A stretch of 64,000 nucleotides of DNA from Candidatus Zipacnadia bacterium (GCA_029820045.1 JALGVE010000002.1:3538-67537); one strand, 5' to 3'. Shown: positions 28,280-38,582, counted from the first letter of the stretch. Notes: generated from the letters alone by a model not told the origin. Numbers and translations: made by a program.

Positions 28280-28403
28280 GGACCGCCACACGTCAGCGGG
28301 TCGGGGTCATTGCTGGCGGTGAAGAGGGCGGGACTCGCTTTGACCTGCTTCCTGTCTGCGCTATTACCCATTCCCGAAGCCGGCGCAACGTGGTATACTG
28401 TCT

Positions 28404-28835
28404 GTGGAAGCAAGGGGAGGTGTACTCACGAGCACACAATTGAAAGAACTGGATATAACAGGTCACGTCCTCGAGGCCGACATGCGCCAGGGACGCTTTC
28501 AACTGTGGGTGGACGACCGCACACCCGTTACGGTGCCTTTGTCGCCGCCAGAGGAGGACGAAGTAATAGAAGCCCTACGGGGTCATCGGACGGTTCGGCT
28601 ACAGGTCATAGGACGAGGCGAGTTCTCAGCCTCGGGCAAGCCCTTGCGCGTGACTGAGGTCGAGGAGATGCGACTTCATCCAGTCGGGGAAGTGGGCTAC
28701 GACGCCACGGCTCGCCCCATTGAGGATGTCCTGGCAGAGCTGGCTGCGGAGGTGCCTGAGGAGGACTGGGAGCGGCTGCCACCCGATCTCACTGATAACC
28801 TGGATCACTACCTCTATGGGACACCCCGGCGATGA
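28404..28835 (+). CDS. Hypothetical protein, putative antitoxin partner of the downstream PIN-domain gene. Start uncertain (GTG 28404 or ATG 28479)
   Basis: Stop TGA overlaps the ATG of the PIN gene (ATGA at 28832-28835). Acidic C-terminus ...EEDWERLPPDLTDNLDHYLYGTPRR. Confidence 0.4.
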   Translation: MEARGGVLTSTQLKELDITGHVLEADMRQGRFQLWVDDRTPVTVPLSPPEEDEVIEALRGHRTVRLQVIGRGEFSASGKPLRVTEVEEMRLHPVGEVGYDATARPIEDVLAELAAEVPEEDWERLPPDLTDNLDHYLYGTPRR

Positions 28836-29248
28836 AGACGGTTTTCGCAGACACCGATTACTGGATCGCGAGAGCCGTGCCCAATGACCAGTAGGCCGAG
28901 GCCGCGAAACGGGCTCGTGAATCCCTCGGTGACGTGAAGCTCCTCACTACCGACGAAGTCCTGAGTGAGTTCTTGGCCGCCCTGAGCGCCGGCGGTGAGA
29001 ACGTCCGCCGTAAAGCTGTCCAGATGGTTAGAGCCATCCTCGGCAACCCAAACGTTAAGGTCCTTCCGCAGACACGCGATTCGTTCCTCAAGGGCATGGA
29101 GTTCTACGAGGAGCGACCGGACAAGAGCTATAGCTTGGCTGACTGCGTTTCCATGAACGCGATGCGCGCAGAATCGCTTACTGAGATCCTCACCCATGAC
29201 CACCACTTCGCGCAAGAGGGGTTCCACGTACTCATCACCGACGACTGA
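28832..29248 (+). pseudogene. PIN-domain (VapC-like) toxin gene interrupted by an in-frame TAG at 28892-28894
   Basis: Reads MKTVFADTDYWIARAVPNDQ*AEAAKRARESLGDVKLLTTDEVLSEFLAAL...HDHHFAQEGFHVLITDD. The DTDYW and (T)D acidic residues are PIN-fold hallmarks. The premature amber codon is at codon 21. Confidence 0.6.
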
Positions 29249-29318
29249 GAAGGCAAGCGACCACCAATAATAACTGCCCCGGCCGCCCTGGTGAGCGTCT
29301 GGGGCCTTGCTTTCGGCC

Positions 29319-32300
29319 TCACAGCATCGGCACCTTCGGGAACAACGTCTCCAGGAGCTTGAGCATCCGCTCATTCATCCACGGCTCGATGCTCGTGAAG
29401 GTCTGCAAGTAACCCTCAAGCGGCGTCTCACGGCCGACCACGAACCGCGTGATGGTCTCGTCCCTGCTCGTCAGCACGAGGTCCCCTCGCCGCGCCCGCG
29501 CCTCGATCACCTGCACCTCTCCTTTCTCCGCCTCCAGGCCGGCCTTGAGCCGGTCGCCGATGATGATGACGCGCCCGGACCAGTCGGCGAAGTCGCCGTC
29601 GGCCAGGCGCTTCTCGTAGAGGGGCCTGATTTCGGTGAAGAGCTGTCCCAGGTCGCGGATGCCGAACATGCCGACGCCTCCGCTCACCCCGCGCGAGTAG
29701 CCGGCCCTGGTCAGCGTCTCAGGCGCGAGCCCGTCGTCCGGCGCATTCCCCCTCTCGATGACCGCGATGCCCTCCGCGGCCAGCTTGCTGTGCAGAAGCT
29801 CCAGGAGCGTGAGCGCGATGTCCTGCCGGTGTTTGGCGCCCTTCTCGACGCACAGGCAGTGCAGCCTGGCGCGGTCACGGCCTTCCGGGCTACCGCAAAC
29901 GACCCCGATGAGCTTGTCGTCCTTCTCCGCGAGGAAGGCGCTATCCAGCGGCGAGAAACCCCATGCAGGCTGGTGCCAGGAGAAGAACCCGTCGGCACAG
30001 TAATCATCTACCCATCGCGACACCTGGGCATTATCCTTGTCTTCCAACTCCCGGAAGGTGACGCCGGGCGGCGGCGCGGACGGAGTGCCCTCGCTGAGGG
30101 TCTTCTTGTACCTCTCGCTCACCTCCATGTCCACGAACCCGAAGCTGCGGTACATAGCGTGAGCGACGTTGCGCGTGCCGGTGCCCAGCGTGAAGGTCGA
30201 GCAGCTCTTGGCCGCGGGATGGTTCATGGCAACCGCCAGCGCCTGCCGCGACAGGCCCATGCGCCGCCACTGTGGCGAGGTGTGCACCCAGTACACCATC
30301 AGCAGGCTCGCGTGATTGTTATGCGGAAAGTGCGCGTAGCCCACCTCCGAGATGACGTTGGCGACCTCATAGCCCTCCATCTTCGGATGCACCGCCAACT
30401 CCCCGTGAAGCTTGACGTCCATCTGTCCCACGCGCCGCCCCTGTGCATCTCTTATCTCGGTCAGCGACAGGCCCTGATCATCGCAACCCGCCTTGCGCAG
30501 CGCGTGGCCTGCGAGCAGTTGCAGGCGGTAGTCCTGTCCCTTCGCCAGCGCCGCCAGCGTTCGGCAGGCCGATCTGTCACCCATCGTGACGAGCTGCAGC
30601 GCGGCGATGGCCGCCTCCGGCGAGTCGGGCTTGCGCTGCATGACGCTGCGCAGCATGTCCGGCGCCCGCCGGTCTCCGGCATCTGACAGGGCCAGCGGCT
30701 CCACGAGCCTCCGCACCCTCGGCGGCAGCTTCTTGCGCTCCTCTCTCTTGAGCTTCGCCAGGTCAGAGATAGCATCCAACCGCTCCGATGCCGGCCCCCT
30801 GGTCGCGCCTCGCACCAGCGCCTCCCGCACCGCCCTATCGAACCCCTTCTCGTCCTTCTTCACGATAGGGAGCGGATGGACGGTGGTGCCGATCTCCCCG
30901 AACCACGGGAACAGGTCCTCACCGGCGGCCAGGCTCAGGTAATAGATCGCCTTATCGCTGTAGGAGGCGTACCGGTCAGTCAGGCCCTCGTATGCCTTCT
31001 CCTTAGGCATGACCCGGAAGAGTCTGCCAAGGAAGCCGTCGCCGAACCTGCGTTCCAACTCGCTCAGCACCCACATCCCTTTCGGGTGCCATTGCTCGGT
31101 CCACGGATATACCCGGGCCAGGTCGCCCTTGGTGCGGTCCGGGTCCTGCTCGTCGCAGAGCTGCTGGTTGACCGCCCGCAGCCGAGCCGCCTCCTCGGCA
31201 TATCCCAGCCGCTCCACGATCCTGGTCGCAAGGTGCCGGACAATGCTGTACTCCGGGAACACGGCGACGAGCAGGTCTCGGATGTGGCTGTGATAGGCAG
31301 TGCCCGTCAACATCACGAACGCGATGTTGTATGCCATCCGCCAGGGACAGGCCTTCACGCCGATCCGTGGGAAGTTCCGCCATCCCAGGCTGGCCGCCGC
31401 ACTGTCCACCACGGTGACCTCATCCAGCGGTCTCCAGTGCTCGCCGAGCATCGGCCGCAGCTCGGACTCGACGCGCGAGATCAGCCCCAGCACCTCCTCC
31501 AGTCGCTTCTCCACCCGAGGCTCATGTTGGACACGCACCCCGCCGACCTTCTTAAGCTTCATGGCGGGTCCGATCTCCTGCGGCACACGGCGGCCGGGCT
31601 TCGGCTTGGCCTCCCCGGCCAGCCAGCGCAGCAGCGGGTGACAATGCTGCAACACGCCCGCATCAAAGGCCAGATGCCCCATGATGAACACCCGCCCCTC
31701 GCCGTGCCTGCTCATGGCCGCGAGCGCCTCACTGGTCCGCCGATGCCCGAGCAGTGGTGTCGCGCCTTCGGGAATGCGCACCGGCGCCCACGTCCCCAGC
31801 CCGACCTTGTGCAGGATCCGCCCCTCAGGCGGTGCGCCATCGTTCTCCGCCACGTCATCGCGCCCGTATCCCATGAGGTAGTCGCGGTCCGGCTTCGGCC
31901 CCTGCTGACAGTCGCCAGGGGCCAGGAACTCGTATCCGAACAGCCGCGCCACCTGGTTGTAGGGCAGCGTCGCGGCTGGCTGATCCACATCCAACTCGTA
32001 GCGCGGCGTGGAACTCGCCAGCAGCAGCCCTCCGCCCTCCCTGATGAACCTCTCGATGTCCTCCAACTCCGCCGCAGAGAACTTGTTGGGCGCGTATCCG
32101 CTGATGATTAGCAGATGGTACTTGCGGAGCAGCGCCCACCTCAGCCGCCGTCGGCAGGTCGTCGTCCGGAAGACGTTATCCGGCTCAATGCGGATGGGTC
32201 CCGGCTCCGCCGCTGCATCGTGGTACAGGTCCACGAGCACGCGGACTTCTATATGACCAGTGGAGGCAGGCACGATGATCATCTCCTTGGAACGGCGCAA
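29319..32300 (-). CDS. Large multidomain protein (993 aa): N-terminal class-I glutamine-amidotransferase-like/ThuA-like, central HEAT-like repeats, two C-terminal GNAT acetyltransferase domains
   Basis: HLLIISGYAPNKFSAAELEDIERFIREGGGLLLAS (GATase1-like). AAIAALQLVTMGDRSACRTLAAL (HEAT-like). Two GNAT-like cores (...WRRMGLSRQALAVAM... and ...GVVCGSPEG...LHCLCVEKGAKHRQDIALTLL). Confidence 0.55.
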   Translation of the reverse strand: MRRSKEMIIVPASTGHIEVRVLVDLYHDAAAEPGPIRIEPDNVFRTTTCRRRLRWALLRKYHLLIISGYAPNKFSAAELEDIERFIREGGGLLLASSTPRYELDVDQPAATLPYNQVARLFGYEFLAPGDCQQGPKPDRDYLMGYGRDDVAENDGAPPEGRILHKVGLGTWAPVRIPEGATPLLGHRRTSEALAAMSRHGEGRVFIMGHLAFDAGVLQHCHPLLRWLAGEAKPKPGRRVPQEIGPAMKLKKVGGVRVQHEPRVEKRLEEVLGLISRVESELRPMLGEHWRPLDEVTVVDSAAASLGWRNFPRIGVKACPWRMAYNIAFVMLTGTAYHSHIRDLLVAVFPEYSIVRHLATRIVERLGYAEEAARLRAVNQQLCDEQDPDRTKGDLARVYPWTEQWHPKGMWVLSELERRFGDGFLGRLFRVMPKEKAYEGLTDRYASYSDKAIYYLSLAAGEDLFPWFGEIGTTVHPLPIVKKDEKGFDRAVREALVRGATRGPASERLDAISDLAKLKREERKKLPPRVRRLVEPLALSDAGDRRAPDMLRSVMQRKPDSPEAAIAALQLVTMGDRSACRTLAALAKGQDYRLQLLAGHALRKAGCDDQGLSLTEIRDAQGRRVGQMDVKLHGELAVHPKMEGYEVANVISEVGYAHFPHNNHASLLMVYWVHTSPQWRRMGLSRQALAVAMNHPAAKSCSTFTLGTGTRNVAHAMYRSFGFVDMEVSERYKKTLSEGTPSAPPPGVTFRELEDKDNAQVSRWVDDYCADGFFSWHQPAWGFSPLDSAFLAEKDDKLIGVVCGSPEGRDRARLHCLCVEKGAKHRQDIALTLLELLHSKLAAEGIAVIERGNAPDDGLAPETLTRAGYSRGVSGGVGMFGIRDLGQLFTEIRPLYEKRLADGDFADWSGRVIIIGDRLKAGLEAEKGEVQVIEARARRGDLVLTSRDETITRFVVGRETPLEGYLQTFTSIEPWMNERMLKLLETLFPKVPML

Positions 32301-32425
32301 TGAAGCCTACGTGCGCAATGTAGAACAGGTCCCGGCCGTGGGGAAGGACAAGGTGGCTCCTCACGACGCGGAGCGCTGCCCGGTGACGCAGGCCAGAGGG
32401 GTTCACGGCAGTGACATGGCCGGGC

Positions 32426-32896
32426 CTAGCCGCCTTCGGTACGCCAGGTGAACGGGATGTCAGGGTCGGAGAGGTCGCGGCGCAGCTCGTCCGGACTCTC
32501 GCGGTCGTAGTGGCGCGTGGGTACATTGACGACGACGGCCATCTCGCCGCCCACCGGCATGAAGCCATGCCAGACCAGCGGCGGTATCTGAATCAGCAGC
32601 GGGTTGAGTTCGCCTGCCACGATGGCCTGGGCCTCACCGTTGGTCGGCGAGTCAGGGCGGTCATCGTAGAGTCCGACCTTCGCGTTGCCGCGGATGACGC
32701 AGAAGTTGTCGGTCTGATGCTCGTGGCAATGCCACGCCTTGATAACGCCGGGGAAGCAGGCGGAGACATAGACTTGCCCGAAGCCGAGGAACTGTTCGTC
32801 GTCGTCGCGCAGTATCTCCATCACGTAGCCACGGTCGTCCAGGTGGCGTGCAAGCTTCTTGATAATGACCCCGTCTATCATTGCAGGTCGCTCCAT
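32426..32896 (-). CDS. RmlC-like cupin (dTDP-4-dehydrorhamnose 3,5-epimerase-like / sugar ketoisomerase-like)
   Basis: 156 aa. Cupin His motifs KAWHCHEHQTDNFCVIRG and PPLVWHGF. Confidence 0.6.
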   Translation of the reverse strand: MERPAMIDGVIIKKLARHLDDRGYVMEILRDDDEQFLGFGQVYVSACFPGVIKAWHCHEHQTDNFCVIRGNAKVGLYDDRPDSPTNGEAQAIVAGELNPLLIQIPPLVWHGFMPVGGEMAVVVNVPTRHYDRESPDELRRDLSDPDIPFTWRTEGG

Positions 32897-32939
32897 TCTG
32901 TGCTCAGGCCGTGGCTCTCCGTCGTTGTCGTTGATGCCG

Positions 32940-34439
32940 TTACGTCGTTTGCCGTTTCGCGCCTCTCGCGTCCCGCCTCCCGCCTCCGCCGTACGGCATC
33001 TGCACCCCCACGGCGTGACGCGTGAAATACTTCAGCGCGAAGTTGGTGAGGTCTTGCTTGGTGACGGCCGCGACCCGCTCGGCGATGTGTAAGGAGTTCT
33101 CGGCGCTGCTGAAGGCCTCATAGCGACACAGGCGCAGCGCGGCGGTGGTGGGCCTGGCGTTCTCCAGCGCGTGGCTGTTCATCACTCTCGTCCGTGCGCG
33201 CAGCATCTCCTCATCGGATACCGATTGCGTTCGGAGCGCGAGCAGATGGCGCAGCAGGCCCTTGTGCACCCGCTCGATGGCGGAGGGCGCGCACAGCGCG
33301 TGCACCGCCAGGAAGGGCTCCCTGGTGACGGGAACCGGCAGCACGTTTATCGGGTAATGCTCAGCGAGTATGCGCGAGGGGATCGCCAGGCCCAGCGTCT
33401 GCAGCAGCGCGAGGTCGCGGTCGATGCGCCCCCCAGAGCCCCTCAGCAGTTCCGTAATCAGCTCCCCCGCCGGGGAGTCATCGCTGGCGAAGGATGGCAG
33501 GGGCACCCCGACCACGATGGAGGCCTGTCCGAGATCCTCGCTGCTGCCTACCTCAACCGCTGGACTTTCGGGCAATGGCGGCAGAGGCTTGGTCGGCGGC
33601 GCACTTTTCTTGGGCAGGGTCCCGAACGCCGCCTTGACCGCCGAGATGATCTCAGCGGGCGACAGGGGCGCTACCACGCATAGCACAGCGTTGGAGGCGA
33701 CGTACTGCTCGTCGTGGAGGGCCTTGAGGTCCGCCAGCGTGACGGCGTCTATCGTGTCCGGCTCGCCCTGCAGGGGCAGCCTCAGCGGCCCCGAGCCGTA
33801 GTAGGCCTCGCGGAACAACTCATAGGTCGCCTGTAGAGGCGTCTGGTGAGCCTTGTCGTAGGATGCCTGTACCAGCTCTCGCGCCTTCTCCAGACTCTCC
33901 TCGTCTAGGGTCGGGGCGAAGAAGCTCTGCGCCGCTAGCTTAAGCATGGGGCCGAGTTCTTCGGCCGTGGAGGCAATGACACCCTCGACTAACTCGTAGT
34001 CGGTGCTGACTGATATGCCGCGCGAGGCGAGAACCTGCGCCGAGGCCAGCCCCGGCCTCTCCTCGAGCTGCGCTCGCGTGCTGGACAAAATGAGTTGTTG
34101 CAGCAGCGACCGTGTGCCGCGCTTGCCCTCGGCCTCATCGGCCGCCGATGCCTTGATGACAAGCGCAGCGCCTGCCACCTGTGTTGACATGTTCTGCACT
34201 GCCAGCACGGTGAGGCCGTTGTCGAGCACTGCGCGGCTGGTAACGGGCGTCGCCGCCGCGCCAGAGCCGCCTGCAATCGTCACAAGTACGCATACCCAGA
34301 GGTGAAAGGCTCTTGGCAAGTTGTGTGGACCTCCTCCGTCTCGCACGAGCGCAAACGACAGTGAGCCTGTCCCGCGCAGCTTCGCGAGGACGCGAAACGC
34401 CCTCCCAGCGAAGGGGAACAGGCAACTGCAGTTGACCAC
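32940..34439 (-). CDS. M16-family peptidase-like protein, non-catalytic subunit (lacks HxxEH)
   Basis: Pitrilysin-like architecture, but the zinc-motif position reads GTRSLLQQLI. Sits 4 bp after the active M16 gene, a typical heterodimer arrangement. Confidence 0.6.
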   Translation of the reverse strand: MVNCSCLFPFAGRAFRVLAKLRGTGSLSFALVRDGGGPHNLPRAFHLWVCVLVTIAGGSGAAATPVTSRAVLDNGLTVLAVQNMSTQVAGAALVIKASAADEAEGKRGTRSLLQQLILSSTRAQLEERPGLASAQVLASRGISVSTDYELVEGVIASTAEELGPMLKLAAQSFFAPTLDEESLEKARELVQASYDKAHQTPLQATYELFREAYYGSGPLRLPLQGEPDTIDAVTLADLKALHDEQYVASNAVLCVVAPLSPAEIISAVKAAFGTLPKKSAPPTKPLPPLPESPAVEVGSSEDLGQASIVVGVPLPSFASDDSPAGELITELLRGSGGRIDRDLALLQTLGLAIPSRILAEHYPINVLPVPVTREPFLAVHALCAPSAIERVHKGLLRHLLALRTQSVSDEEMLRARTRVMNSHALENARPTTAALRLCRYEAFSSAENSLHIAERVAAVTKQDLTNFALKYFTRHAVGVQMPYGGGGRRDARGAKRQTT

Positions 34440-34442
34440 GGG

Positions 34443-35885
34443 CTAGCCGCGCAGCGCGGCCGTTGCCGCCGGTCTTACCCCGCTTGCAGCTTCCCGCCTG
34501 CCGCCTCTGCTGTTCGCCTGTTGCGTCCCGCCCGACTCCGGTCGGACGATGACCAGCGTGTAGGCATCGGGGAGCAGGTACTTCCGCGCCACCCTCCGGA
34601 TGTCTTCGGGGCTGATCTTGTTGACCTCGCCGATGTAGTCAACCGCCATGTGGTACGTCGCAAGCGCCTCGTAGAAGCCGAGCGAGCCGACCTGGTCGCT
34701 GTAGGCCTCATTGCTGAAGGCGTACTCGGCGCGGAGCAGACGCTTCGCCTCGCTGAGTTCCTCATCGCTGACCTGCTCTGAGCGCAGGCTCTCGATCTGA
34801 GCCAGGATTGTGCTGCGCACCTCGCGCTCCTTGTCGGGCCTGGTGAGGGCGGTGATGATGAAGAGACCGGGATAGCGCTGAGTGAGGAAGTCAACACTGG
34901 ACATCAGTGCCACGCCCTTCTCCTCCAGCGAGGCATAGAGCCTACCCGAGTGGCCGCCGAGTATTGTGTAGATGAGGTCGGTGGCCCAGACATCGCGCGC
35001 GTCCGCGATTCCAGGCGCGTGCCACGCGAACGTGATGATGGTGGTGTCGCTCTGTCGCTCCTTTATCGCGGTCCTGCTACTGGTCTGCGCCGGTTCGGCT
35101 GGCGGGTCACTGAACGCCACGGGAGCGCCGGCCCGTTGCCCGAAGAGCTTGCCGACCTGCTCAGTCAGCGCGGCCGGGTCCAGGTCGCCGACGGCGACCA
35201 GGGACATATTACCCGGGACGTAGAACCTGGTGTGAAAGGCCTGCAGGTCCTCCAACGTTATGTGGGAGACCTGCTCCACTGTCCCCCCGACTCCCCTCCG
35301 GTAGGGATGCTGAGTATACGCCGTCTCCCAGACCAGTTGGTTGAGCATGCCCTCAGCGACGCTCAGGCGGTCCGTTAGTTCCCGCGTCACGACCTCGCGC
35401 TCGCGGGCCACGGCCGTCGGGGTCAGCTCCAGATCGAAGGCCGCCGCGGCCAGCATCTCCACGACCTGGTCGAGATACTCACTGGCGACGGTCACGTCAA
35501 TCTTGGTGAAGTCCCGCGTCGTGGTGGCGTTGACGTACCCGCCCAGGGCTTCGATTGCTGGCCCGACCCTCTGCGTGTCTCCCCGGGCGGTAGCCTCGAA
35601 GAGCAGGTGCTCGAGCAGGTGGGCTACGCCGGCGTTGTCATCGGTCTCGCAGTACGATCCTGCCCTGACATAGAGTCCGATGGAGACCAGGTTCCACTGA
35701 TGTTCGGGCTTCATGATGAGCCGGAAGCCGTTGTCAAAGGTCTTCTCGGCGATGCGTGACCCGTCGAGAATCGGCGCGGCCGAGACGGCGGGCAAAGCGG
35801 AGTAGGCAGTGGGCAATAGGGAAACGACAACGGCAAGAACGACGATCACGACTACGGTTGCGGGCCGACGCGAGAGCAACTGCAA
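34443..35885 (-). CDS. M16-family zinc metallopeptidase (active subunit, HxxEH present)
   Basis: GVAHLLEHLLFEATARG inverted zinc-binding motif. N-terminal signal/TM segment. Confidence 0.7.
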   Translation of the reverse strand: MQLLSRRPATVVVIVVLAVVVSLLPTAYSALPAVSAAPILDGSRIAEKTFDNGFRLIMKPEHQWNLVSIGLYVRAGSYCETDDNAGVAHLLEHLLFEATARGDTQRVGPAIEALGGYVNATTTRDFTKIDVTVASEYLDQVVEMLAAAAFDLELTPTAVAREREVVTRELTDRLSVAEGMLNQLVWETAYTQHPYRRGVGGTVEQVSHITLEDLQAFHTRFYVPGNMSLVAVGDLDPAALTEQVGKLFGQRAGAPVAFSDPPAEPAQTSSRTAIKERQSDTTIITFAWHAPGIADARDVWATDLIYTILGGHSGRLYASLEEKGVALMSSVDFLTQRYPGLFIITALTRPDKEREVRSTILAQIESLRSEQVSDEELSEAKRLLRAEYAFSNEAYSDQVGSLGFYEALATYHMAVDYIGEVNKISPEDIRRVARKYLLPDAYTLVIVRPESGGTQQANSRGGRREAASGVRPAATAALRG

Positions 35886-35931
35886 TTGCGGTCAACTCCT
35901 CAGGGCGGGCAAGGGGCAAGTGGCGATCTTC

Positions 35932-37512
35932 TTAGCTGCTGTTTGCTGTCCGTAGCTGTCGTTTGAGCACCTTGCCCGTGGCCGAGCGCGGCAGCTCTTC
36001 TATGAACTCCACCGCCCGCGGCACCTTGTAGTGAGCCAGATGCGGCGTGCAATGCTCGATGACCCTTTCCGCACTGCCCGTCTCTCCCTCATGCAGCTCC
36101 ACGAAGACCTTGACCCTCTCGCCGTGCAGCGGGGAGCGGACGCCCACTACCGCGCAGTCCCTGATCTCCGGTAATCCGTGCACAACATCCTCCACCTCGC
36201 GCGGATAGACATTCAGGCCCCCAACGATGATCATGTCCTTCTTCCGGTCCACGATGTATAAGTGCCCCTCCTCGTCCACTCGCCCCAGGTCTCCCGTCAG
36301 CAGCCATCCCCCGCGTAGGGCCTCGGCCGTCTGGTCCGCGTCCCGCCAGTAAGCGCTCATCACGTTCCGCCCACGCACACAGACCTCGCCGATCTCGCCC
36401 GTGGGCAGCGCACGCCCCTTATCATCCTGGATCTCTACCTCGACACCCGGCAGCGGCGGGCCCACGCTTCCTACTTTTCGCCTTTCTCGGCTTCGGTTCA
36501 CGCTCACCACAGGCGAGGCCTCGGTCGGCCCGTAGCCCTCCAGCAGCGTAGCGCCGTAGCGGTCCTCGAAGGCGCGCAGGACCGGGTCGGGGAGAGGCGC
36601 CCCCCCAGAGATGCACAGTCGCAGGCTTGACAGGTCGAAGCTGCGCTCCGTCTTGAGGCCCGCGAGCACCGCGAACATCGAGGGCACTCCCGGGTAGATG
36701 GTCGCGCCCTCGCGCTCTATCGCCTCCAGGACTGACAGCGCCTCAAAGCGCGGCAGCAGGACGCTGGTTGCTCCAGTCAGCAGGGGGACTACCATGCACA
36801 CCGTCGCGCCGAACGAGTGGAACAGCGGGAGCACGGTGAGGAACACGTCGTCCTCTGTCATCTGTACCGCTTCAACCGCCGCCAGCGCGTTAGAGATGAG
36901 GTTGCAGTGCGAGAGTTGCGCTCCCTTCGGGCGACCGGTGGTGCCAGAGGTGTACATGAGTGCGGCAGGGTCGTCGTCGCCGCCGCCCGGCTCCGGCAGG
37001 CCCTCGGGCTCGGCGGCCGCGAGCGCGGAGAAGTCCACGGCGCCCTCGGGGAGCTGCTCGCCGCTGACGATCAGATGCTCGACAGACGCAGCCCGGGCGG
37101 CCGCCGCCAGCGGCGCCGTCTGCTCCAGCGCGACCACTGCCCGGGCTTCAGCATCCTGGACGATGTAGCCGGCCTCGTCGGGCGTCAGCAGGGGGTTCAG
37201 CGGCACGGCGGTCGCACCCAGCCAGAGGGTCGCGAGGTAGCTGATGACGAATTGCGGGCAGTTGGGTAGGATGAGCGCCACGCGGTCTCCCGGCTGCACC
37301 CCAACCTGGCCCAGCCCGGCCGCGACCCTCTCCACCAGCGCTGCCAGTTCCGCGTAGCTCAGGCGGCTCTCGCCTGCAATAAGTGCTAGTTGTTCGGCTC
37401 GCCGCTGCGCGCTCTCACGCAGCGCAAGGGCCAGGGAATCCACGGAAACCACCAACTGCTGCCTTCGCGCACGCGGGGGCAGATAGGGAACGTGGCAGCA
37501 GAATACACTCAT
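35932..37512 (-). CDS. AMP-dependent synthetase/ligase (acyl-CoA ligase, FadD-like). True start probably downstream of 37512
   Basis: LMYTSGTTGRPKGAQLSH AMP-binding motif and GYGPTEASPVVS. C-terminal GKVLKRQLR. Confidence 0.75.
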   Translation of the reverse strand: MSVFCCHVPYLPPRARRQQLVVSVDSLALALRESAQRRAEQLALIAGESRLSYAELAALVERVAAGLGQVGVQPGDRVALILPNCPQFVISYLATLWLGATAVPLNPLLTPDEAGYIVQDAEARAVVALEQTAPLAAAARAASVEHLIVSGEQLPEGAVDFSALAAAEPEGLPEPGGGDDDPAALMYTSGTTGRPKGAQLSHCNLISNALAAVEAVQMTEDDVFLTVLPLFHSFGATVCMVVPLLTGATSVLLPRFEALSVLEAIEREGATIYPGVPSMFAVLAGLKTERSFDLSSLRLCISGGAPLPDPVLRAFEDRYGATLLEGYGPTEASPVVSVNRSRERRKVGSVGPPLPGVEVEIQDDKGRALPTGEIGEVCVRGRNVMSAYWRDADQTAEALRGGWLLTGDLGRVDEEGHLYIVDRKKDMIIVGGLNVYPREVEDVVHGLPEIRDCAVVGVRSPLHGERVKVFVELHEGETGSAERVIEHCTPHLAHYKVPRAVEFIEELPRSATGKVLKRQLRTANSS

Positions 37513-37547
37513 ACCCCGATGTGGTCAAGGCGGACGAGCAGCGCGGC

Positions 37548-37766
37548 AGGAGCATCGTTTCTAGCCCTGCCGCTCGTCGCCCTCGGCGGGGTGGCGCGCC
37601 GATCGCGCCTCGGCGGGACCGCGGGCGCCGCTGTCGTATGTAGGGCGCGCACCTGTGGCACGCCCCAGGCGGGCGGGGCACCCCCCTTCGCCAAGGCTAC
37701 GGGGGACAAACAGGTCCCCGCCCTACACCACAGCCCGAGCCTGCCTCGCAAAACCGATGCTCCTGC
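37548..37766. mobile_element. MITE-like element copy B (inverted relative to copy A), immediately upstream of the acyl-CoA ligase gene
   Basis: TIRs caggagcatcgtttctag / gcaaaaccgatgctcctg. The interior is the reverse complement of 499-716 with few mismatches. Confidence 0.6.
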
Positions 37767-37944
37767 CCAGCGCGGGTGCACGGTTGACTAACGGCAGGGG
37801 CTGTGCTAAGGTAACCATCAGAGTAGCTACCACCCCATGACGGCCACGACAGGGCGCTGTGGGGCTTGTCAGAGGGCCGCCAGCAGGTCGCCGGCCTGGA
37901 CGAGGCGCCTGTGGCGGCGCGGGGCGTGGGAGAGGCGTATCATC

Positions 37945-38433
37945 ATGGTAGAGATGTCAGTGCAAAGGGTCGCAATAGACACAAACCGCCATACCCTGGT
38001 GATCCTGGCCGATAGGGAGGGGAGCCGTCTGCTGCCAATATGGATAGGTCCGTACGAGGCGCAGTCCATCGCCATGGCGCTACGCAATGAGGACTTCGAG
38101 CGACCGCTCACGCATGATTTGCTCCTGTCGGTCATAGATGCCTTCGGCTACGAGTTGCAACGCGTCGACGTGACCAGGCTCGAGGAGCACACCTTCTACG
38201 GCCTGCTGGGCCTAGCGCGCGGCGATGACTTCATACAGATTGACACGCGGCCCTCGGATGCCATCGCCTTGGCCCTGCGGGCCGACGCGAAGATATTTGT
38301 GGCCGAGGAAGTCCTGGAACAGGCTTCGATAGCTGACGAAGACACCGAGCAGGCGCAGGTGGACATCGAGAAGTTCAAGGACTTGCTCCATCAGGCGCAT
38401 CTGGACGAGGAACTCCAGGACCCCGACGAGTAG
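37945..38433 (+). CDS. Bifunctional nuclease (BFN/DUF151) domain protein
   Basis: VAIDTNRHTLVILADREGSRLLPIWIGPYEAQSIAMAL and DAIALALRADAKIFVAEEVL match DUF151. ATG at 37945. The ORF-track upstream extension is implausible. Confidence 0.65.
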   Translation: MVEMSVQRVAIDTNRHTLVILADREGSRLLPIWIGPYEAQSIAMALRNEDFERPLTHDLLLSVIDAFGYELQRVDVTRLEEHTFYGLLGLARGDDFIQIDTRPSDAIALALRADAKIFVAEEVLEQASIADEDTEQAQVDIEKFKDLLHQAHLDEELQDPDE

Positions 38434-38582
38434 CCTTCTGTCGCGTCGCGCACAGGTCGGAGTGACGTCCAACCCGACCGACGCCACCGGGAGAGGTCCG
38501 GTGGCGGTCTCCCTGCCGCGGCATTCTCCTCGGCCGTGAGACGCATTGGTCATACTGCCCCTTACGAAGCGGAGGCCTGCAC

